59,304 nucleotides of DNA. It comes from a virus (Duplodnaviria; Caudoviricetes). Position 1 is the first letter of the stretch. Each line of letters begins with the position of its first letter. A program made the position numbers and the translations under genes. Below, piece after piece: positions 18,919-27,469 of this stretch. The notes beneath the pieces were generated by a model. That model searched no databases. It saw only the letters and a list, made by a program, of their open reading frames with translations, and had not been told where the DNA came from. The stretch covers positions 1 through 59,304 of the IMG/VR virus record IMGVR_UViG_3300037264_003947; one strand, written 5' to 3'.

Positions 18919-19038
18919 AGGGCAAGACTTGTATTTGGCAAAACAACCACTATAGGGAAAGTGGGCGAAGGATTCGAGCCTTCTATAAATTTTGGTTAGA
19001 AAATTTAATTATCCAGGTAACCAAATATCTTCAGCCCT
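18919..19038 (-). ncRNA. Y RNA-like element 4 with T-arm
   Basis: AGGGCTGA...GGTTACC...GAAGG-CTCGAAT-CCTTC...CTTGCCCT. Confidence 0.68.
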
Positions 19039-19051
19039 ATTATTTTCAAAG

Positions 19052-19157
19052 AAAAAGAACAAGGTTTAATAAGAAGTATGCCCCCACTGGGCTTCCCCCA
19101 CGAAGCGGGGGAAAGAAGATTCGAACTTTTGATAACTTCTCATTATCAGTTCTTTTT
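19052..19157 (-). ncRNA. YrlA-like Y RNA 3 (tRNA mimic)
   Basis: AGAACTGA...AGTTATC, T-loop GTTCGAATC, closed acceptor-like stem TTCCCCC..GGGGGAA, D-arm GCCC-AGTGG-GGGC, CTTGTTCT. Confidence 0.8.
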
Positions 19158-19169
19158 TAATTTCAAAAT

Positions 19170-19302
19170 GGTGAACAAGTATTTAGAAAAGGATGTTTTA
19201 GTGCTCTATCCACTAAGCTACCAGCCCACGAAATGGGCTGAGTGAGAATCGAACTCACGACCACTCAATTGTATTTGATAACCCTTCTCAAGTCAACTCA
19301 CC
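19170..19302 (-). ncRNA. YrlA-like Y RNA 2 (tRNA mimic)
   Basis: GGTGAGTTGA...GGTTATC, T-arm GTGAG-TTCGATT-CTCAC, closed stem CAGCCCA..TGGGCTG, D-arm TAGCTTAGTGGATAGAGC, CTTGTTCACC. Confidence 0.88.
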
Positions 19303-19317
19303 TTAATTATCAAAGAA

Positions 19318-19401
19318 AAGGAACAAGTATTTGAAAGACGATATTGCCCGAAGGCAGTTAATTTGCTGATAATTATGATAACGCCTCTCTGTCAGTTCCT
19401 T
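19318..19401 (-). ncRNA. Y RNA-like element 1
   Basis: AAGGAACTGA...CGTTATC...TGCC-TTCG-GGCA...CTTGTTCCTT, starting just after the promoter. Confidence 0.72.
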
Positions 19402-19409
19402 ATAAAACT

Positions 19410-19438
19410 ATCTTATCACTTCGATCGAATTCTGTCAA
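19410..19438 (-). promoter_or_regulatory. Sigma70-type promoter for the Y RNA array
   Basis: TTGACA-17 bp-TAAGAT, 8 nt before element 1. Confidence 0.8.
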
Positions 19439-19440
19439 GT

Positions 19441-20283
19441 CTACAAAGACAAAAACCACATTGGGTCTACCGTCTTTTCTCCAAAGTGAATTTCGTAATG
19501 AAGATGACAACCAGTCACTTCTCCACTAGAGCCCATAAGACCTACCACATCACCTTGCTTTACGACTTGACCTGATTTTGCTTTTATCTCGCTAAGGTGA
19601 GCGTACCAAGTCTCAAATCCTAACTCATGCTTAACTATAACTACCATACCATAAGTAGGATTTTCATATTCTACATAGGCCACAGTTCCATTCGCCGTTG
19701 CCTGTATTTCATCACCGAGCTTACCAACTAAATCAATTCCAGGATGGAACCTTAACTTGTCTTTATCTGCTACGAATAATCCCTCCCTAAATCCATACGC
19801 AGAAGATAATTTAACGGTTCCACTAGTTTTTACAGGATAGATGAAAGGTGACTCTTTAAAGTACCTATTAAAAATAACTACTCTATCCTTCAGTCCATAC
19901 AAAGAATCTAACAATTCTTTGTAAGAGTTGTATGCTTGCGTAGCATACTTAACGGTCATTTCGTCTGACCCATTAATTGCTGGTTCTAAGGAAGTTCCAC
20001 CTACAGGCATATTGGTGAAGAACATCAAATCAGCAATTTGTTTTACTACTGTCCTATAGCTCTCTTGTGTTTTGTAAGTATCGAAAACAATCTTTTTCCA
20101 CTTATCATTTTCTTCTTTTAATTGTGCATTCTCAACTTTTAATACTTCAATTTCGGCATTAACACTTGCTTGTGATACTGTTTTTCTAAACCCGAAAAAG
20201 AGGCCCAAGGCTATAATAGGAATCAACAAAAAAATAGCGAAATTCTTATTCAGCCTAAAGCCACGCTTAGGTTTCTTCTTCAT
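19441..20283 (-). CDS. M23 family peptidoglycan endopeptidase, membrane-anchored
   Basis: TM, coiled coil, HPGIDL, YAHL, TGCHLHYEI. Confidence 0.92.
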   Translation of the reverse strand: MKKKPKRGFRLNKNFAIFLLIPIIALGLFFGFRKTVSQASVNAEIEVLKVENAQLKEENDKWKKIVFDTYKTQESYRTVVKQIADLMFFTNMPVGGTSLEPAINGSDEMTVKYATQAYNSYKELLDSLYGLKDRVVIFNRYFKESPFIYPVKTSGTVKLSSAYGFREGLFVADKDKLRFHPGIDLVGKLGDEIQATANGTVAYVEYENPTYGMVVIVKHELGFETWYAHLSEIKAKSGQVVKQGDVVGLMGSSGEVTGCHLHYEIHFGEKTVDPMWFLSL

Positions 20284-20329
20284 TCACACTCCTTCCACTA
20301 TTAAAGAGCTAAAGATATATAGTTAAATT

Positions 20330-20403
20330 TGGACCAGACGGGAATTGAACCCGTGTCTCCAGTGTATCCGCTTGGGATCTGGATCGACTTCAAGCACTGG
20401 CCC
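20330..20403 (-). ncRNA. Stand-alone tmRNA-type tRNA-like domain (Ala identity)
   Basis: GGGCCAG/CTGGTCC-A with G3:U70, no D-stem, TCGA..GAC junction, ACGGG-TTCAATT-CCCGT T-arm. Confidence 0.75.
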
Positions 20404-20420
20404 CATTGCTTGTTAAAAAA

Positions 20421-20518
20421 TGCCGTTTTTTTGATACTACCTAGAATAGAGAGGAACGGCAAAACTCAGTTCTAGGAGCAGACCGCAGTTAAGCGGCGAA
20501 AGCTGTTTTGGCTTCTTG
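20421..20518 (-). ncRNA. tmRNA-like mRNA module (tag frame plus pseudoknot) upstream of the tRNA-like domain
   Basis: GAA GCC AAA ACA GCT TTC GCC GCT TAA = EAKTAFAA*; CCGC/GCGG hairpin over the stop; H-type pseudoknot. Confidence 0.6.
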
Positions 20519-20524
20519 TATTAT

Positions 20525-20553
20525 ACTTTACCAGAAGCGTTAATTCGTGTCAA
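20525..20553 (-). promoter_or_regulatory. Sigma70-type promoter for the tmRNA-like locus
   Basis: TTGACA-17 bp-TAAAGT with extended -10 TG. Confidence 0.7.
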
Positions 20554-20559
20554 GTAAAA

Positions 20560-21303
20560 CTATGCCTTAAGGGCTGGAAGTGCTGCTTTTTTACGCAAAG
20601 CATTAATTTTTTCATTATTTTTATCTGCGTAAGTCTTTAAAGCCACTTCTTCTTCGGAGGACATCTTTCTCTTTCTTACTCTATTCATAAGTTTTTTAGC
20701 CGCTACTACTCCACCAGTTATTAATAGAGCAGGAAGCATTACTTTAGCCCAAGGAGTTTTGCTGAACCAAGCTAGACCTTGCTGTGCTAGTCCCTTTGCC
20801 CAAGCAAAACCTTGCTTTAGGAAAGGAACTATAGGACCAAAGATTGCCCGACCCAATGACTTCAATTTTTCCCAAGCTCCAGTAATTATGTTGCCCATTT
20901 TAAATTGCCCAGCCATTGAAGATCTAGCTGCCATATTAGCTGGAGAATCTGCTTTAGTCCACCATAATCTATCTAGTCCTTTGGTGAACTTTACATCTGG
21001 ATAAGGGAATTTTTCTACAAGAAGATTATTAATTTCTTTTTCTGCATAACCTTCAAAAAGAAGAGGTGATTTAAGCTCGGAAAATTCCTGTAGTGTTTCA
21101 ATATCTTGGTTTACAAGAAATTCATAAAGTTCTTTTCCAGCTTCACCATATACTTCTGTATAACCTTCTACTACGGCCTTGTTTCCAAAAGCTTTTATTT
21201 CATTAGGGAGATTTTTTATAATATTGCTAAGTATATAATTCTCCCAGAACCAGTCGCCCTTATATCTAAAGGCTTCCTTTAGCAATTCTTCTCTGATTTC
21301 CAT
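20560..21303 (-). CDS. Hypothetical protein with amphipathic/TM segment, possible ejected head protein
   Basis: 247 aa; N-terminus MEIREELLKEA; internal LxE sites. Confidence 0.6.
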   Translation of the reverse strand: MEIREELLKEAFRYKGDWFWENYILSNIIKNLPNEIKAFGNKAVVEGYTEVYGEAGKELYEFLVNQDIETLQEFSELKSPLLFEGYAEKEINNLLVEKFPYPDVKFTKGLDRLWWTKADSPANMAARSSMAGQFKMGNIITGAWEKLKSLGRAIFGPIVPFLKQGFAWAKGLAQQGLAWFSKTPWAKVMLPALLITGGVVAAKKLMNRVRKRKMSSEEEVALKTYADKNNEKINALRKKAALPALKA

Positions 21304-21587
21304 TACTTATCTCCCTTTTGTATAGCTAAACGCTTTTCTGTTGATTTAGATACAATCTTTTTTTCACCCTTAAGTTTCTTTTCCATATTTAACAAACCCT
21401 TTGGACTTGTATAATAATGGGGAAACTCGGATAGATGTGCCTTAGCTATTTGCTTGGCTACATTAGGATCACTTGTGTGTTCCATCTCTATTCGAATTCC
21501 AACTTTTAAATCTCTTGGGTCAAAATTTTCATCTGGCTCTTCGCCATGCTTTAATTTTATTTCTTCAAGTAGTTCACTGAATTTCAT
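21303..21587 (-). CDS. Small conserved phage protein (DUF5661-like)
   Basis: GIRIEMEHT.DP..AKQIA.AHL.E.PHYY. Confidence 0.65.
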   Translation of the reverse strand: MKFSELLEEIKLKHGEEPDENFDPRDLKVGIRIEMEHTSDPNVAKQIAKAHLSEFPHYYTSPKGLLNMEKKLKGEKKIVSKSTEKRLAIQKGDK

Positions 21588-21588
21588 T

Positions 21589-22374
21589 TTACTTTGCCTC
21601 TAACTGCTTCTGCTTATCTGCTTCCAGAGATTTTTGTGCCTTAGCAGAATCTATCTTCTTATATTTATCGGCCTGAAGTTTAAGTGTCTGATCAGTCGGT
21701 TTTACCATCCCTCCACCAGCTACTCTTTTCTTAAGAGCCACCATGACTTTTTCGCCCTCATCCACTATGGTATGCATTATATCAATAGCCTTCCCTTTAT
21801 CTTCTCCAGTTGTGGAAAACTTTTTAAGGGTAGCTATGAAATTTTTATCTTCGTCTGTAAGTGTGGCAAACTTCATATCTTTGACCATTTCAATAGCCAT
21901 TTTACGAAGTCCAGCTATATCTGTTCCAGCATCAAGCATAGCTCTTTCTGCATCAATTTCTTTCTTCTGCTTGTCTATTGTCTTAAGGACATTTTCTTTC
22001 TTTGCTTCTGGGCTCATTCCCTTAACTACAATTTCTTCGCCCTTACGGGTCATTCCAGTTGTGCCAGTTTTATATTCCTCTGGTCTTGCACTTTTGACAC
22101 CTTTGTCTGCTGCTACTTTTGTAACAGAACTTTTAAAGGTTTCAAAATTATTTGCATCAACAGCAGGGTTTTTCTTTAAAAAAGAATTGACTGTTTTGGC
22201 AACGCCAGAAGACGAAGGATTTCCACCATACTCAATATATTTAGCGGCTGCTTCATCTACATTTCCAGACTTGATTAGCTCTACAACTTTAGCTAGTTCT
22301 GTTGCTGCCATTTCAAATAGGCCCTTCTCTTCGCCACGAGATCTATATAGAATTTCTTCTCTTAAAGATATCAT
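21589..22374 (-). CDS. Lys-rich helical hypothetical protein
   Basis: 261 aa ORF in the operon. Confidence 0.65.
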   Translation of the reverse strand: MISLREEILYRSRGEEKGLFEMAATELAKVVELIKSGNVDEAAAKYIEYGGNPSSSGVAKTVNSFLKKNPAVDANNFETFKSSVTKVAADKGVKSARPEEYKTGTTGMTRKGEEIVVKGMSPEAKKENVLKTIDKQKKEIDAERAMLDAGTDIAGLRKMAIEMVKDMKFATLTDEDKNFIATLKKFSTTGEDKGKAIDIMHTIVDEGEKVMVALKKRVAGGGMVKPTDQTLKLQADKYKKIDSAKAQKSLEADKQKQLEAK

Positions 22375-22375
22375 T

Positions 22376-22996
22376 TCATTTCTCCATTTTATTAGCTAGT
22401 CTGGGGTATACATTTTTCAATCCCAAATTTTTGACCGCTGTTATATTCTTTGCATCATCGTCGATAAAAACTATTCTATCATAATCTTTAGCTAATTTCT
22501 GTATTACATTAGCTTTCTTTTCAAAGTCAGTTTTGCCTTCGTATTTCTTTTTGTCATCATTTACAGCATGAACTAAATCTCTAACTAGCTTATCTCCTAG
22601 TAAATTTAAATCGCCAGAGGCATCTCTGTGCTTCAACCAATCTTTTATGGAATTATAAACTAAATCTTCCATTCCTCTTGCTGTAAGAATTCCTATTTTC
22701 CATCCTCGCTTAACATATTCATCAAAAATTTTTAGATTAGAAACTATTGGAAGTCCAGTTTGAATTGAATTATAAATTTTCTCTGGGTTTCTAAATTCTC
22801 TATAGTCATAATCCTTTTTAGTTTCAGGTGTTATTTTTTCTCTAGAGTATTCAGCAGGAGTTAATCCTACTTCTCCTTGAGGAGTTTTCTTATAGATTTT
22901 TATATTTTGAGGAACTACTAGAGTGTCATCTATGTCGAGGAGTAATAAACTTTGTCCTTTGTCTTCTAGTAAATCTAGAACTTCAGAAAATTTCAT
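22376..22996 (-). CDS. HAD-superfamily phosphatase
   Basis: LLLDIDDTL motif I, ILTARG motif II, FIDDDAKN motif IV. Confidence 0.8.
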   Translation of the reverse strand: MKFSEVLDLLEDKGQSLLLLDIDDTLVVPQNIKIYKKTPQGEVGLTPAEYSREKITPETKKDYDYREFRNPEKIYNSIQTGLPIVSNLKIFDEYVKRGWKIGILTARGMEDLVYNSIKDWLKHRDASGDLNLLGDKLVRDLVHAVNDDKKKYEGKTDFEKKANVIQKLAKDYDRIVFIDDDAKNITAVKNLGLKNVYPRLANKMEK

Positions 22997-23655
22997 TAAT
23001 TATTCCCGTGCAACTTTCCGTAATCTTTAAGTAGTTTCTTAAGATCCACTTTTTCCATCTTGGTTACATCGCCAGATCTATCATAAATGTTTCTAAATCT
23101 ATCTCTAGCAACATTAGAAGTCTTTCTTATTTCATCTTTTATTTTATCTGTTCTTCGTCTAGAAGCAGCATCTTTCTCTTCTTCTGCGTCTTTTTTGCTT
23201 GCTTTTTTTTCTTTGCCCTTTTCATCTTCTAGGTTTTTTACAACTTCTTCTTCACTCTTATCTTTTGTAGCTCTAAACTTATCTTTGTATTGACTCCAAG
23301 CAAAATTCATTAAGGTTTTAATATCAATATATTTGTCCAGCCACATCCAATCTTCACTTGGCTTAACATAGGCAGAGTTAGCTATCTTTAAGAGCATCCA
23401 TTTGAAACCAGTTTTTTGAGCCGTTCCAAATAAAGCCTTATCCTTATATTGAGAGATACTCTTACCAGTTCCCTCTAGAAAATCGGCATAGGGAACTCCG
23501 AATGGAAAAACAACTACCTTCTTTTCTGGAAATGCTACAAAGTGAACCTTGCCATCTTTTCCAGCTATTTCATCCATCTGTTCTTTTGTTGGATTTTCGT
23601 GCCAAACGAAATCTGGTTCAGCAGTAGTAGAATCAAATAAATTCTTAAATTTCAT
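22996..23655 (-). CDS. Hypothetical protein, paralogous to 4107..4607
   Basis: ENPTKEQMDEIA...DWMWLDKYI plus a charged C-terminal tail. Confidence 0.65.
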   Translation of the reverse strand: MKFKNLFDSTTAEPDFVWHENPTKEQMDEIAGKDGKVHFVAFPEKKVVVFPFGVPYADFLEGTGKSISQYKDKALFGTAQKTGFKWMLLKIANSAYVKPSEDWMWLDKYIDIKTLMNFAWSQYKDKFRATKDKSEEEVVKNLEDEKGKEKKASKKDAEEEKDAASRRRTDKIKDEIRKTSNVARDRFRNIYDRSGDVTKMEKVDLKKLLKDYGKLHGNN

Positions 23656-23670
23656 TTCTAAATTCCTTTC

Positions 23671-23708
23671 TTATATCTTTACCCAACGACACGGGCGAGT
23701 AAAGATAA
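23671..23708. promoter_or_regulatory. Divergent pair of candidate late promoters (GTAAAGATA)
   Basis: GTAAAGATAT on minus (23682) and GTAAAGATAA on plus (23699) at the strand switch. Confidence 0.65.
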
Positions 23709-23731
23709 GTTTGTATTAGGAGCAATTAATA

Positions 23732-24289
23732 ATGCGAAAGTGTTCTAAGTGCAAGACAATGAAAGATGACTCAAATTTCTATAAAAATAAAGCTATGAAA
23801 GAAGGGCTTTCTCATTATTGTAAAGAGTGTGATAATGAGAGAGGAAAAAAATATATAAATAAAGAAGCTCAAAAAAAGAGATCAAAAAGATGGTATGAAA
23901 ATAATAGAAGTCTAACAATAGAGAGAGCAATTAAGTGGGAAAAAGAAAATAAGGAGAAACATTACTTATTTACTAAAAATTATAAAAGAAAAAATCCAGA
24001 AATTTATACCTTAAACAAAAATAAAAGAAGAGCCAAGCAAAAAGAAACTGATATAACTATGGCTTATTTAAAACAATTAAAAGAAGAAACTGAAAATTGC
24101 CCTCTTTGTGGAGCAAAATTAAATAATATAAATTATCACCCAAATCAATATCACCTTGACCATATCATTCCTATAGGTATAAATGGTAAACATATGAAAA
24201 ACAATGTTAGATATATTTGTGGAAAATGTAATTTGGCTAGGCCAAGAAATGGAAGTGATTTAGTGGAGGCCCAACTTGGACTACTTTGA
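23732..24289 (+). CDS. HNH homing endonuclease, paralog of 7199..7819
   Basis: MRKCSKC..FYKN..GL..YCKEC; CPLCG...LDHIIP..GKH..NNVRYICGKCN. Confidence 0.88.
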   Translation: MRKCSKCKTMKDDSNFYKNKAMKEGLSHYCKECDNERGKKYINKEAQKKRSKRWYENNRSLTIERAIKWEKENKEKHYLFTKNYKRKNPEIYTLNKNKRRAKQKETDITMAYLKQLKEETENCPLCGAKLNNINYHPNQYHLDHIIPIGINGKHMKNNVRYICGKCNLARPRNGSDLVEAQLGLL

Positions 24290-25682
24290 TAGCCACATAG
24301 AAGTTGAATACCTAAATAAACCCTTCTTCGTTCAACTCAAAAGAGTATGGAGAAAGGTTAAGTCCTTTGCTGATCCAGATAAGCCAAAGAAGCTCGGTTT
24401 TTTCTTACAGAGTGTTAGGGGCTTAGAGGGTTCGGCCCAAGTTAATGAGAAAATAGTCAAAGACATCTTTGGAAATTCCCAACAGATGACCCCAAATGAT
24501 TTTATAAAAAAAGTATTCTCCTTTGAAGTTCCACAAGGCAAGAAAACTTATGTAAAGCACGAAACTGCTTATCAACAAACTCAAAGACTAGTAACTAGTA
24601 GAGATAGTGATACTGGTGCTACTAGAGATAGAGAGATTACACACCAAGCTCACGGATCGCAAGCTCCTAGAAAATTTGGTGTTAGTGGTGGTAAAAAACT
24701 ACCCCCAGAACCATTAAATAAAACCATCCAAGTATCTATCTTTGGTGATGTTTATGAAGATATACTAAAGAAGTATAAAGACCATCCACAAGGCGATAAT
24801 ATCATTAGGGCTATAAATAGAAACCTAGACGGACATTTCACTAATGCCGCAGCTTTCGTTAGATGGACTCAAATGACGCCTTCATGGATACATATTGACG
24901 CATTCCAAACTGACTTCTTCAACAAAGTAAAAGCAATGAAATTTACCGCTGATAAAAAAGGTGACGAACTTTCAGCACAAGTGTCAGATGATTTTAGAAA
25001 ATACGAAGATGAATTTTTTAAAGCAGCACTTTCGTATATTACCCGCTCGCACCCAGGCGTGAAGATGTATACTGCCAACACAGAGGACCTGGTAAAAGCA
25101 GTAGAGCGTGTAAGAGGAGATGTCAAGCTTAAGGAATACTATTATAAACTACCAAAAATGCTAGGCTTTAGAATGGTGAATCTTTCTGATATAGAAAAGA
25201 AATTTCATCTAGGCCCAGAAAAAGCAGCATTAGAAAAGCACTTCAAACCAGCTTTAAGTGGTATGTCTACAAAAGTTTCTGATACTGATATTAATAATGC
25301 CGTTGATACATTCAAGGAAAATTTAATCGTTCTTAAAAGAGAAAAAGAAAATAAAGAAATTACCAAAGAATTAATAGATGAACTAATGGCAAATACAGAT
25401 ATGCCAGACCAAGTTTCTTCAGCATTACACCAAATACTAGATGAACTTACTGATGTGGTAAATGGAAAAGTTAAGAAACCTAATGCTAGCGGAAAAGAAA
25501 TAAAAGTAAGTATCATGTCCTATTTAAATAGTAAGAAAGCTCACATAAAAGAAATTATTTCTAAAGCCAGTGGACCTGGAACTAAAATTTGGTGGGCTGA
25601 TAAAAGGATGCTCTTTGAAAATACCATTCGTCATAACAACAGGATTATTCTAGAAGACATTAGAAGAATGGCAGGATTATAA
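24276..25682 (+). CDS. Hypothetical protein
   Basis: 468 aa ORF, TTG start after GGAGG. Confidence 0.7.
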   Translation: MDYFDSHIEVEYLNKPFFVQLKRVWRKVKSFADPDKPKKLGFFLQSVRGLEGSAQVNEKIVKDIFGNSQQMTPNDFIKKVFSFEVPQGKKTYVKHETAYQQTQRLVTSRDSDTGATRDREITHQAHGSQAPRKFGVSGGKKLPPEPLNKTIQVSIFGDVYEDILKKYKDHPQGDNIIRAINRNLDGHFTNAAAFVRWTQMTPSWIHIDAFQTDFFNKVKAMKFTADKKGDELSAQVSDDFRKYEDEFFKAALSYITRSHPGVKMYTANTEDLVKAVERVRGDVKLKEYYYKLPKMLGFRMVNLSDIEKKFHLGPEKAALEKHFKPALSGMSTKVSDTDINNAVDTFKENLIVLKREKENKEITKELIDELMANTDMPDQVSSALHQILDELTDVVNGKVKKPNASGKEIKVSIMSYLNSKKAHIKEIISKASGPGTKIWWADKRMLFENTIRHNNRIILEDIRRMAGL

Positions 25683-26425
25683 TGGACTTAGTAGCAGGAG
25701 AAGGGCTCTTAATAGCCATTTTCAATAAACTTGGCGTTGCTGGTAGCATGATCACATTATTATCCATAATGTTTGGACCATACATTTTTCAATTAGTAAA
25801 ATTTCTCGTAGGTAAGAAACTAGATTGGAAGAAGAAGTCAGAAGTAGAAAAATGCATAGAAGACTTAATAAAGGCGGTAGATTATAGAATTCTACAGATA
25901 GTAGATAACCAAGAAATCATAATGAATACTTTAAATGCTTCAGTGCATTTGGCACAAGCAATAGAATATAAACTAAAAAACATAATCTCAGAAACTGACA
26001 GCATTAACATGCTTAGATTGTTTTTTAATGGAAGCCTTTATTCAAACCTAATTGAAAAGAGTATGGCACTAGCTTTAAAAGTAGACCAATCAACTACTTG
26101 CAAAGATGGATTGAAACAAGTTTTAATTGATCAGTTTAGATTAGAAATGACTAATATTTGGAACGAATTTCTTACAACGCTAGATGATTTTGACACTCCC
26201 ATAAAAATGGGTCTTTTTGTAAAAGAACATTATAGCGAATCTTTTTTTAAAGAGAATACTGGTTTATTAAATAAAATAATTACACTTATAGTAGATACTA
26301 CAAAAGATCAATTATTAAGACGGGATCAAGTAAAAGCAATGTTTAACCAATTTGCCTCTGAGGTATTGGCTTCTTTGACAGAAAGTTTTAAAAAATACGA
26401 AACGATAAGAAAGTCGATGGAGTAA
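25682..26425 (+). CDS. Membrane-anchored hypothetical protein
   Basis: N-terminal hydrophobic segments, helical body. Confidence 0.6.
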   Translation: MDLVAGEGLLIAIFNKLGVAGSMITLLSIMFGPYIFQLVKFLVGKKLDWKKKSEVEKCIEDLIKAVDYRILQIVDNQEIIMNTLNASVHLAQAIEYKLKNIISETDSINMLRLFFNGSLYSNLIEKSMALALKVDQSTTCKDGLKQVLIDQFRLEMTNIWNEFLTTLDDFDTPIKMGLFVKEHYSESFFKENTGLLNKIITLIVDTTKDQLLRRDQVKAMFNQFASEVLASLTESFKKYETIRKSME

Positions 26426-26597
26426 GGATATGAACGAGAAGGTAGCAGAAAAATCAATAGAGATTTATAAGTTCATACTTTCCAACTTCTATGGCATTAT
26501 AGATGATGAATTCAGAAAACAAGTTAGTAAGAGCATGAAAAAATCTGAAGAAATCATAAATAGAAGAAAGCTAGAAGAAGCGAAAGTGATGTAACTT

Positions 26598-26849
26598 ATG
26601 TATTATGATTATGAATGTCCTCTTTGTGAAACCATCGAAGAAAAAATGCATGGAATGAATGAAACTCCTCTGTTCTTTTGTTCCAAATGTCATAGCTTAA
26701 TGAAAAAAGTTATTTCTGGAGGAGCTGGAATTCATTTTAGAGGAATAGGCTGGGCTTCTAATAATACCGCCACTAATCCCACTGCCAAGAAATACCATGT
26801 AAAAGAATTGGTTGGCCCAAAGTTCTTACAAAAGGCAATAAGAAAATGA
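26598..26849 (+). CDS. FmdB-like zinc-ribbon protein
   Basis: YDYECPLC...CSKC..MKKVIS...FRGIGW. Confidence 0.8.
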   Translation: MYYDYECPLCETIEEKMHGMNETPLFFCSKCHSLMKKVISGGAGIHFRGIGWASNNTATNPTAKKYHVKELVGPKFLQKAIRK

Positions 26850-27109
26850 AGTTAAGAGATTTCTTAACTAAAGCTCCACCTAAATGTGAAAGGTGTGGGA
26901 TTTGCTGTAAGTCATGCACTTGCGAACAAGGTAAAGAAGACAAGAATGGCAAGTGTATCTACCTAAAAAAAAGAGGCGACCTACATTCCTGTGAACTCCA
27001 CGAAAAAGGTTTGCTAGATACAGATAAAGTAGGATTAGGTAGAGGTTGTAATCTAAAGAAATATCCAGATATATATAATAAGTATAAAGAAAAATACGGA
27101 GGAAGATAA
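26846..27109 (+). CDS. Cys-rich Zn/Fe-binding protein (YkgJ-like)
   Basis: CERCGICC..C...CIYL...C...C. Confidence 0.6.
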   Translation: MKLRDFLTKAPPKCERCGICCKSCTCEQGKEDKNGKCIYLKKRGDLHSCELHEKGLLDTDKVGLGRGCNLKKYPDIYNKYKEKYGGR

Positions 27110-27460
27110 ATGGACGCATTAGTAATAGTGGCAATTGTCGCTTTAGCTGGAGCAGCTGGTTGGGTTGTGTATGCTTTAATATCAGGCAAGAAAGGTATGT
27201 TGAACTTTGCTTTGGCTACTCTAGCAGGAGCTGGAATTTTTCTAGCTATTGCCGCAATGAGAAGTTTTGGAACTTTCAAAGCGAAAGCTCTAAAGGATAT
27301 AGAGAAAGCTTTAGCAGATATAGCAAAAGCAAAAGCAGATGCTGCTGCTGTTGCAGAACACGATAAAATAAGAAAAGATGCTGCCCAAAAGGCAGAAGAA
27401 CAGATAGCTGCTAACCAGAAACTTATCGACGCAATAAAGAAGGCACTAGCCAATAACTAG
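27110..27460 (+). CDS. Membrane protein with coiled coil, possible spanin or holin component
   Basis: Two TM segments then an Ala/Lys coiled coil. Confidence 0.5.
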   Translation: MDALVIVAIVALAGAAGWVVYALISGKKGMLNFALATLAGAGIFLAIAAMRSFGTFKAKALKDIEKALADIAKAKADAAAVAEHDKIRKDAAQKAEEQIAANQKLIDAIKKALANN

Positions 27461-27469
27461 GAGTTAAAT

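Noticed and set aside
18876-19160. 94 aa plus-strand ORF
   Set aside because: Antisense to structured RNAs and a tRNA; no protein features
19170-19302. Ordinary or intron-containing tRNA
   Set aside because: T-arm precedes D-arm, the acceptor-like stem is closed by a loop and there is no anticodon arm; this is YrlA topology
18512-19401. CRISPR array or simple tandem repeat
   Set aside because: Units vary in length, have no identical direct repeats, fold as self-closing stems, and no cas genes are present
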